Part shown: piece after piece, positions 1-9,700 of the stretch
Layout: every line of letters starts with the position of its first letter
How positions within the stretch are numbered: the first letter of the stretch is position 1
DNA from: Macrostomum lignano
Taxonomy: Eukaryota
Assembly (NCBI GenBank): GCA_002269645.1
Contig: NIVC01000010.1
Span: 1,984,001 to 2,048,000, forward strand
Length of the DNA stretch: 64,000 bases
Reading direction: 5' to 3'
Translations under genes and position numbers: made by a program
Notes under the pieces: generated by a model
Seen by the model: the letters and a program-made list of their open reading frames with translations, nothing else
What the model was told of the DNA's origin: nothing
The model's database searches: none

Positions 1-737
1 GAACACCAATTTGTCACTTCATGTCAAAGCAGAATACGCAGCTATATAATGGACAGTAGGAGCACTAAAATTTTTGCAGAAGCTCCTAAAAAACAACATA
101 GTAAAAAATGCTTTAATTGATGAGGATCACGCACTTTTTCCCAAATCCCGCGCTAGCACATGGGCTCTAAATTTACTTGCCTACTAACAGTGGGCAATGG
201 GCATTTTTATCCTTTTTCTGCGAATTTTCATAGAATATATACTAGATATAATGTCTGGTCATACTAGTAGTCATAATAACATAGGCGCAGCTTTTTGGGT
301 CATAAATCATCGCTTTCGAAGCTGGTCTGACAGCCAACCTGCGCCTCACTCAGTGTTGAAGCGTGCGCCAGATGGTCTGAGAGGATCCGGGCGGTAGCTT
401 TTTTCTCATCATTTTGACAGGCCATCAAGATTTATGAGGTCAGAGCCTATTGTTCGTGTTCACTCAAGCGTGTGACAGCTTTGACAGCTATGCGTTTTAC
501 CCCTAAAAGTACCTTGGGATTAGCGATTAGCGATTTCTCTTCATTATTTTCACTTTCTATTTAATAAGAGCTTTCTAATGTATATTTTTTCATTAATTTC
601 TGTCAATCCTACGCGAAAGGTCATAAATCATTTTGTTGCGATTTTAAGTGATTTATGGCCGCACCTGTCATCTTTTTACGACCCTGTGGGAACCGATAGG
701 ATCTCTCGGTCACGTGATTCTGGGTAGCAACAAGCTT

Positions 738-841
738 AGCCAATCAGAAAATTCGGCGCTCATTTTAACAAAACGGCTCAGCCAATCAGAATCGACGTGT
801 TCCATTATAACAAACTGCGGTCCAGTTGGCGGCTATTTAAA
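738..841 (+). promoter_or_regulatory. Two CCAAT boxes followed by a TATA-like box in the left arm
   Basis: agccaatcag at 738-747 and 780-789; tatttaaa at 834-841. The motifs are conserved in the other arm. Function is inferred only. Confidence 0.4.
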
Positions 842-1247
842 CCGGAGTTTTTGGCCCGCTCGGACTCAACTTTGGCTCGGGCCCAGCGCGCAACTTCTGG
901 TTCCCAGAGCACGACCGTCGTTTCTTGATCCCCGGATTGCGACTTCCCCCATCATCATCAAGGACGAGTCCCCCGGTCGACAGCAGCGAACATCAAGCAA
1001 AGATCATCACCTGCTAGCTAACAGCGAAGATTGTGACAGCATCATTCCGAGTCTACAGCTGCAGAGCATCGAGCCGATTCGGTCGCTGTGGATTACCTGG
1101 TCTCCGGCTGTTGAGTTTCTGATTGGTTGGGTGAGAGGCTACCTAGACTTGCTTGATTGGGTGATCCCCTATCTGTCCCCTGTGGCAGTAGCTGAATTAG
1201 GCGCACACTTTTGCTCATTTTGTTCAGTAGTGCTGTTGCTGAGGCAG

Positions 1248-2104
1248 TGTAGAGTGTTCTACCTCCCGTTAAAAAAGGAAAAAAGAAGATAATCGTATAA
1301 TACTACTATAAGTAAGTAAGTACACGCATGTGCGCCTAAGCTTTGAATGAATCACGCTACCAGAAAAAGATGTTACCAGAATAATACGCCATGAGCCATT
1401 TTCCCCTTTTAGCGCAACACGTGAATTGTCATGATACTATTTTGGATCAAAAACTTGTCTATAAATACAAGCGATCTGAAGCGGTACCGGAGCCATACTC
1501 CCCACGGAAGAGGAGCGCTCCGAAGAGGAAGCCTTAGGAGGACTTCCTGATCTACCAAGTCAATCGAGACTCGGTCGAGTTGTTGCGGTAAGCCTTCCTT
1601 ATTTGCGCCTGTTGTGTTAGAGACGTCTCGCTCAAGTCTGTTGAGACTTGAGTCTATTCGAGTCTGTTGAGGCTCTTGAGTCTGTTTAGACTCCATTGGT
1701 TGCAGTCTCCAGAAGGACTGCCCCTGATAGATCTTAGAGGACTATCAGTGGTTTCCGGAGCTATACCTAGAGTGCATAGAGGCACTGCTAGAAGAAGGAG
1801 GCTTAATTTAGACCGCAGTTTGGCGCAGGGATCCCACTGTTAATTCGGAAGCTTCCCATTGGTCCGAGCGACAGAATCCGGCCGGAACTATTTGAAGAAG
1901 AAAGAAGAATCGGACCCGATCTACAAACGAAAGTCAGAAGTGACTATACGAGAGCAACTGAAGACAATCGAGAACTACTCCGAGAGATCTCCAAAGGACT
2001 CAAGGTAATTGAATACCTTCTGTTGACTTACTGGGTTGCCTAGCTGCTGAGCTAGAAGTGATTGTTCCTTGATTATCGAAAGTCGGGTAATAAGGAACAC
2101 ATCA
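1248..2104. mobile_element. Solo-LTR-like insertion (TG...CA, 4-bp target-site duplication GCAG)
   Basis: Absent from the homologous right arm, which reads gaggcag-aaatc. Begins tgtagagtgttc and ends gaacacatca (imperfect short terminal IR). Flanked by gcag at 1244-1247 and 2105-2108. Internal tataaata near 1460. Confidence 0.7.
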
Positions 2105-2360
2105 GCAGAAATCATTCAATAATACTGCTAGTAGTCTAAGACTCCAATTCAGTCTGAAGTGTGAAGTGAACTAAGGAGAAGGTTAAATCTAACAGTTATT
2201 TTTATCGGTTTTATTTCTTTGTTCGCCGATGGCTCAGATGAGAAGCTAAGCTAGTAGGCGCCGGTCACAGTGGACCAATGGCAAGGCAGTTCTCAGTCGA
2301 CCAATCTATCAAATCAGTGAGCAGAACTGCCAGAAGTGCAGAACCGGCGCCAGAGATGTT

Positions 2361-2516
2361 TAATTGATTCATTTCTGAGCCTGAGGCCCGAAGGCTTCCC
2401 TAACAAGGAGCCCGAAGGTCGAAACCCATCATAATATATTATTGATGGGTTTCGGCCTTTTCGGCCCCTTTCTGACTGGAGCCCTCGGGCCTCAGGTCTC
2501 AGAAATAAATCAATTA
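2361..2516. mobile_element. ~155-bp palindromic MITE-like element
   Basis: taattgattcatttctgag-cctgaggcc pairs with ggcctcaggtctcagaaataaatcaatta. Central hairpin gaaacccatca-taatatattat-tgatgggtttc. TA at both ends. Confidence 0.6.
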
Positions 2517-3065
2517 GAGTCCTGGCCCCCCATTCCTGTCAGATGGTCAGCCCCATGGTAGCTTGATCTTGTGGCGAGCAGTCTAGATCCTATTGCTAAG
2601 AGAGGGACAGCGAGAGACAAGCAGGGAGAATTTTGAAGGTATAGAGATCAGCTAATCCGCAGATTAACTAACCCGCTACCGTACAAGCCCGTGCGTCCTG
2701 GCTCACCAAACCGGAACTTTCGAAATCGGGCCTCCGACTAGAAGGGGCATTGCACTTACCTGCTAACTAGTGTCTTTTTGCTGTCAATCTCGAAGTCATA
2801 GCCGATGATAAGGGACACTGCTGGGACTCGATCGCATTGGCCATGCAGGTACAGAGGGGACTTGTGCAGGGGATTCTTGCAGTGGCGAGACTATGGGGTA
2901 GTTACATGTACTATTACATTGCTAAATACCAGCAGGAATTGTACTTTTGGCCTTCAACGTGCCAACCAGCCTCTGATCGTAGCGCTGATGATAGACTAAC
3001 TCGAACATCAGAGACCGCATGATTCATTACCCGAGCCGCTTGGCAAACCTAGAGTGCACAGAGTA

Positions 3066-4487
3066 GATCTCAGCGCCGATTTTGCACTATTGGCAATTTT
3101 GCTCACTGATTTGATAGATTGATCGACTGAGAACTGCCTTGCCATTGGTCCACTGTAACCGGCGCCTACTAGCTTAGCTACTCATCTGAGCCATCGGCGA
3201 ACAAAGAAATAAAACCGATAAAAATAACTGTCAGATTTAACCTTCTCCTTAAATCACTTCACACTTCAGATTGAATTGGAGTTTCGGACTACTAACAGTA
3301 TTATTGAATGATTTCTGCCTCAGTAACAGCACTGCTGAACAAAATGAGCAAAAGTGTGCGCCTAATCCAGCTACTGAAATAGGGGACAGGTAAGGAATCA
3401 CCCAATCAAGCAAGTCTAGGTAGCCTCTCACCCAACCAATCAGAAACTCAACAGCCGGAGACCAGGTAATCCGCAGTGACCAAATCGGCTTGATGCTTCG
3501 CAGCTGTAGACCCGCGATGATGCTGATGTCACAATCTTCGCAGATAGCTAGCAAGTGATGATCTTAACCTTGATGTTCGCCGCTGACGACCGGGGGAATT
3601 CGTCCTTGATGGTGACGGGGGAAGTTGCGACGTTCAAGAGACGACGGTCGAGCTCCGGGAGGTCAATTTAGACCAAGGTCCCAGAGGTGGAGCAGGAGGT
3701 GCCGGAGGGTGACGGCGGTGAAGGCCGGGGGAGGCGGCCGACGTGCCCGTCCGAGCGGGCCAAAAACACCGATTTATATAGCCGCCAACTGGACCGCAAT
3801 TTTTTATAATGGAACACCTCGACGCTGATTGGCTGAGCCGATTTGTTATAATGCATCGAATTTTCTGATTGGCTGACCTTGTTGCCACCCAAACTCACGT
3901 GACCAGAAGATCCTATCAGTTCCCTCGGGGCCATAAAAAATACGACAGGTGTGGTCATAAATTACTCAAAATCGCTACATAATGATTTATGACCTTTCGC
4001 GTAGGAATGACAAAAATTAATGAAAAAGCATACATTAGAAAGCTCTTATTAAGTAGAAAGTGAGGATGATGAAGAGAAATCGATAATCGTACTTTTAGGG
4101 GTAAAACGCATAGCTGTCAAAGCTGTCACACGCTTGAGTAAACACGAACAATAGGCTCTGACCTCATAAATCTTGATGGCCTGTCAAAATGATGAGAAAA
4201 AAAGCTACCGCCCGCATCCTCTCAAACCATCTGGCGCCAGCCTGAGCATTGAGTGAGGCGCAGGTGGCTGTCAGACCAGCTCAAACGCAATGATTTATGA
4301 CTCAAAAGCAGCAAAAACCGCGCCTATGTTATTACAAATACAAGTATGGCAAAATCATATAACTAGTATGAATTCTAGGAAAATTACATAAAGAGAAGAA
4401 AAAATGCCCATAGCCTGTTGTTAGTAGGCTAGTAAGTTTGGAGCCCAGGTGCGAGCGTGGAGTGAGGAAAAAAGTGCGTCCTCATCA
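3066..4487 (-). repeat. Right arm of the long inverted-repeat pair (~1.42 kb, uninterrupted)
   Basis: Continuous reverse-complement match to 118-1247 + 2105-2357. The spurious ORFs 648-1292(+) and 3249-3554(-) share WSPAVEFLIGWVRGYLDLLDWVIPYLSP, which confirms the homology. Confidence 0.85.
3773..3874 (-). promoter_or_regulatory. Two CCAAT boxes followed by TATATAAA in the right arm (pointing leftwards)
   Basis: ctgattggct at 3825-3834 and 3865-3874 (rc agccaatcag); tttatata at 3773-3780 (rc tatataaa). Confidence 0.4.
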
Positions 4488-4888
4488 TTATTTTAAAATT
4501 TGTCAGGGTGTGATTTTTGCATACTGCAATTTTTGCAAGTCCCTTAGACAAGAAATTAAGTAAAGTTTGCATAAAACTAAGATGTAACGACAACGAAAAA
4601 TTATTTTAGTTCTTTGGGGTTTTATTTATTTTCAATATCATAACGGAGAAAATCTTTATGCAAGGGATGCATCAATGACGACTGGTCGGTAATAAATATA
4701 CTTAAGTACATGTAGTCCTTCGAGTTTCAGTCGCATTTCGCCTCTCCAAGATCTCATCTGTAAGCTGATATCTCATGGAAAGTGAACTTGCAGTCTATGT
4801 GTTGAGTGTACTGTACTCCACCTGCTCTAATGTACGCCAGTTTGCAAAACATGTACATGCTGTATTACCATATGCAGTACGTACAGCT

Positions 4889-4974
4889 AATCCCGTACGG
4901 AATTCGACGTCGGCGGACGTCTGACCGACGTCAGTCGCCGAACGCCGACCGATGTCAAATTTCCGTACGGGATT
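4889..4974. repeat. ~86-bp palindrome / tiny MITE-like element
   Basis: aatcccgtacggaattcgacgtcgg ... ccgatgtcaaatttccgtacgggatt form an inverted repeat. Confidence 0.55.
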
Positions 4975-5393
4975 GCATTTTTTAATTAATACAGGCAAAT
5001 CGAGAATTTTTTTGTATCATCTGTCCCAGCCCCAGATCAGCATACTCCCAAACTTTTTATCGCGAATTGATACGCAAAATGTCAAAAATACTGCAAATGC
5101 ACATGTAAATGTGTATAGTCAAAAGTATAGCTACGTGTATAGTAGGAACATGAAACCTTTATTTGAATATTTAATGAATATTTATAAAATAATAAGCACC
5201 AATGTTCTATTAAATAAGCGTACATTATGCACAGGGTACACTTGTACTGTACATTTGACGTAATTCCAAGTAATATCGTAGTTGGCTGTTTATTTCTTTT
5301 GCAATTTTACGCTACAATAAACGGCGTTTATAATAAGATTTGATTTACGTGTAAATGAAGTAAATTAGTTACTTTTCCGATAATAAAAATATA

Positions 5394-5865
5394 CACTCAG
5401 CAACATGTTTAAGTTTCAACCCCAAAACCAGTAGTCAACTTTCCTCAGATCTCAGCCCCAAGTGACGCAGTTCACACCACGTCTTCGGGCTCGTATGGGC
5501 TGATTACGCAATCAAGCTGATATGAAGAAAAAGAAACTGATGTTAGTGTATTGTCAATGATAATACTAAGAAGTAATTAATTAATTCATGAATTAATTCG
5601 AGCAACTGCTCAAATCGACATCCGGGCTTCAAGCATGCCAATATAGCACGCCATCGCTCCGCGTTTGTCATTTGTCAGACCATTACGAATTCATGAGGAT
5701 TAAAACCTGAGAGTAGCAGCTTTAATCCAACAAAAAATTGCATCACCCACAGTTGAGACGAGGGAAACGCTGGCGCGGTGTGAATTGCGGACGTCACTTG
5801 GGGCTAAGATCCGAGAAAAGCTGACCACCGGCTTTGGGGTGGAAACCCCAACATGTTGCTGAGTG
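5394..5865. mobile_element. Non-autonomous Tc1/mariner-type TIR element (MITE), 472 bp, TA target-site duplication
   Basis: TA|cactcagcaacatgtt... and ...aacatgttgctgagtg|TA. The ~75-bp imperfect TIRs extend through agccccaagtgacg / cgtcacttggggct. No transposase ORF. Confidence 0.75.
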
Positions 5866-6648
5866 TACTTCGATAGCATCAAGTTTCTTTTTTTTCAGAG
5901 AAAAGACATGTAAAAGTCGATCTGAAACCTCTTTCAATAACTTTCCGTGTTATACATGTCGCAATAATACAAAACTCGTGTGCACCAACATTTTACACAT
6001 GTACATGTATAGGTGTAGATACGTATAGAATCGAGGAATAAAAAATACAAGCAGGTTGCACCACACAGTGCTCAGACGTAGCATGTACACCTGGAGTTAA
6101 AACGGCGAAAATTGCATTTGTATAAAAAATCGATGACAATAGAAAAATACAATGTACATACCTACAGAAAGATACATGTACAATGGGAATGCTAGGAAAG
6201 TTGTGAATCGCATGCAGTTATAAGCAACAGCACAGTATATAGCTACAATATAAGAATTTGTTCAGCACCTTAACTTGATCTGTTGTCAGAGATGGCTTCT
6301 TTTAAGATTCTACTTTGGACATAGATTCTAATTGACCAGAGGGAGGTACCGAATTTCGAAAAAATCTTTAGTTTTAATCGATTCGATCGTCTCAGTAGGA
6401 TTCGATGTCATGTTTATTGGATTCGAAGGTTTTTTCCAATGTGTTTTAATTTTAATAGTGCAAATCAAGTTTAAGTTGTATGTACGACAATTAGGATAAA
6501 TAGGGTAAATGTTAGGTCTTAGGTAGTAAAAAAACCGTACATTGTTCTGACAAAAAACTATGCTATCAAATGAGAAACGCACTTTTTGCACCCGAATAGA
6601 TTTTTAAAAGGGATTTTCAAAAAAAGTCATTTTTTACAATTTTTTTTA

Positions 6649-6775
6649 TTACAGCGCATCTGCTTCTTCGTCGGGATCATGTACACTCCGGCCGAATACT
6701 TGCTCCGAGGTTGTCAGATCTGGTGGAAGATCTGCTGCGCCCTCCTGCTGAATAGCCACCAGTTGTTCGGGTGGC
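6649..6775 (-). CDS. Probable terminal exon of the giant gene (PPEQLVAIQQEGAADLPPDLTTSEQVFGRSVHDPDEEADAL*)
   Basis: In-frame after an 81-nt intron (6856-6776). The stop TAA overlaps an AATAAA polyadenylation signal. Confidence 0.7.
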
Positions 6776-9700
6776 CTGAAGGAAGTTAGGATTGTTCACA
6801 ATATAACATCAGTAGCAGATAGACACTGAACACAAGTCATTTTTTTCGCAACTTACAGAAAGTCTTGGAAAGAGTTGGTTGGAGTTGATGATCCGGACTG
6901 ATCTTCGGCAGGATACTCGAAATCGCCCATTTCCAATCCGATCATCCTCGGTGGCGGCTCATACAGCGACGAAGAATCGGCCTCTTCGCTCTCTTGGCCG
7001 TCATTCTGGTTGTTACCGGCTTCTACTTCGATTAGATTGCCATCGTAGAGTGTCTCGTACGACGAGTCTAGTCTCAGATTGATCGATTTTGATCTTCCCA
7101 AGCTGCTAGATGTGAAGCGCAGTTCAGGTTCCGCTTCCATGCTCAGCAATTCGGATCTCGGTCTTCGGACGACGATATTTGGCGGCGTAGAATTTGTAGG
7201 TGTAGTAGAAATCGATTTCTTCTTGAGGCGATTCGGCTTCTGTTCTTCTCGCTCGATGGCGTCCTTCTTGATGCGAGGTCTCTCAGCAAGCGCAGTGGGA
7301 TTCGCTCTGCCACGGGAAGTCGCAACTGGTGCTGCAACGTCAGTTTGATGTTGAACCGGGCGGACTTCGCTGAACTCGCTATCCGACTCGACGCTGGTTG
7401 ATTCAGCTAAGCTGTCTCCTTCATGCTCATTCAGTGCATTTTTACGCGCTTGTCGACGGGCTTCGTCTATCAGGGCGTGATGCATTTTAGCGTCTTCTGC
7501 TCTTCTGCGCTGAACATCTTCGCTATCATCGCTGTCTCCGCGTTTTGGGGGCTTGCTCGCGTTCTGGCTCGACGTTCGCCGACGCGTTTTCACAGGTGAG
7601 ACGGAGCGAATCGGCTGGTTCGGTTGTTTTTTAACGCTGGCATCCCGGGCAGGTTGCACAACCGGAAGAGGTGGTCGACGTGGAGATTCCACAGTTGGGT
7701 TCCGCCTTCTAGAAGTAGCAGTTGTCTTTTCCTGACCCTCCGAGTCAGAAGATCCTGGATGTTGCTCAGCTAGACCCTTCTCTTTTGAGGAACGCAGTGC
7801 AAGAATCAGCTGGCGCCGAGAGGGAGTTCCGTACACATCTTCGTTGTCTGAGCCGGAAGAAAATTCCTTAGGTTGCTTGCTTGAACCAGAAACCGCTCCG
7901 CCTTGTGCGCTTGCCCGAACTGGAGTCTGTGTCGGGGCGATAGATGAACTGCCACCTTGAACTGACTCATTTTGATTGTCAGCCACCGTGCTATCTCTCG
8001 GTACTTGTTTTTTGTGAGACCGTCGGACCGTTCGCCGGACGTTTGGCTCGGCCCCGTCATTTGACATTGCCGAAACCGAGGGCAAACTTTTGGATGATGC
8101 CAATCTGTTGCGCCAGTCTTTGATTGAAATTTTAACTGTGGATCGTTCAGAAGTCGAAGTGGTGCTAGTTGAATCGCTAGCAGAGTTGTTTCGCTGTCTG
8201 TCGAAATAAGCTTCGTGCAGACTGGATTGCTGCAGAACCATTGAGTCGATTGTTGTGTGAGATTGATTGCTGGCTCTTCTGCTACTGAGCAGGGCAATGG
8301 ATGGCAGGCTCTTAGCTATTTCACGTTTGCGCCTTTCAGAGACCACAATGGTTAACTCTTTCTCCTCCTCGGGATCCTGAGCCTTGGCTAGCATTCGTTC
8401 GGATATAACCTCTGATTCTGAGCTGCTGCGATGCCTCAGAGCCAAACTGTCACCAAGCAGTGTTTGATGATCGAAGGAGTCAAACTTCTGAGATGCACTC
8501 TTCGATACAAGGCTATTAAATTCTTGGAGCTGTCGGTCGACCTCTGAACTGAGGCTTGACTCGTCGGACTTTAGAAGTCTCAGATCGGGCACAGAACGCG
8601 CGCCCCTGACCCCACTTCTAGGACTTGTCTGATCACTCGACATTGTGGAATCCTCATTACTGTATTCATCAACCTCATTGCCATGTCCACTGCTCTTGGT
8701 TGCTTTTGTTTCCATGTTTTCAGCTGCCGTTATCGTTGAGTCACTTTCTTGATCAGAGTCATTGGCGAATGATTTTTTGTTTAACCGATCATTTGGCTGG
8801 GACTCGTCTGAAACGCTGCGATGCTTCTTCGGGTCTTCTGATCTTCGTTTCGTCGACACAATTTCAAGGTTTTCTGACGATTGTGATAAGGAATCTTTTG
8901 AGTCGTCACTTTGATATTCTTTTCCACGCTTATCAGTGAGATCTTTCAGAGGTGTTATCTTAGAACTGCTAGTAGACCTTGTTTTGCGATCAGTTTCCTG
9001 TTTTAACATCTCCGTTGCTTCTTGTTCCCACATATTTCCGTCGCGTCTCTGCTCTAATGACTCAGATGACTCCGAACTAGACCGCTCTTCTTGTCGATAA
9101 TCTTTCAATAGGCTTGCTGCTGCTCGAACTTCCTCTGGCGTTTCACCTCCTGTGATTGACGAACGATCTGGTGAGCTCTGTTGTGCCTCAAGACGTTTTG
9201 GTTTCGCATATTTGTTAATGGAAGTGTCCGACAGTTCATTGGCTGATGATTCGTTACGCTCGTCAAGTTTTTTAGTCTTCCCTCGAGTTTCTTCCTTCAA
9301 AGCTAATTCGGATGATTCAGTAGGTGAATTTGACATTTCACGCTGTCTGGGCTTCATCTCACTGCTCTCAGTGGCCTCCGACGTTTCAGACATGGATGAG
9401 GTTCTAAATTGTTTTTGAAACCTACTCGATCGTTCTTCCTTGATTTTTTCATTTGAATCTGATGAACTTGACCGAGAATTGACCTTTTGAAGGTTTTGGT
9501 TCAACCTTAGAACTTCCTCATCATCTGAAGACTCGGCGATTTGTCTGTCCTTTCCTGTTTTAGACGGTTTGAACACATGCTTTCTTGATTCTTTCAGTTG
9601 GCTTTCTACTTTTTCGACAGTTTCCTCTGATGCAGTTGAAGAATCAGAGTGAGATCTTTCCCGAGTGCTTTCATTCGGTCCCAAAGCGGCTCCTTGCTTT

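Larger units (their letters stand above)
118..2357 (+). repeat. Left arm of a long inverted-repeat pair (118-1247 plus 2105-2357, split by an 857-bp insertion); unclassified repeat element
   Basis: Reverse complement of 3066-4487 aligns by eye along its length. For example tgatgagga..cgcactttttc at 118 matches gaaaaaagtgcgtcctcatca ending 4487, and gcagaaatcattcaataatact at 2105 matches agtattattgaatgatttctgc ending 3317. The copies are clearly diverged, with many substitutions and an indel block near 880-930. Confidence 0.85.

Noticed and set aside
648-1292. 214-aa ORF and the related ORFs at 3249-3958
   Set aside because: They lie in the inverted-repeat arms. The two copies are not frame-conserved and show no recognisable RT, recombinase or transposase motifs.
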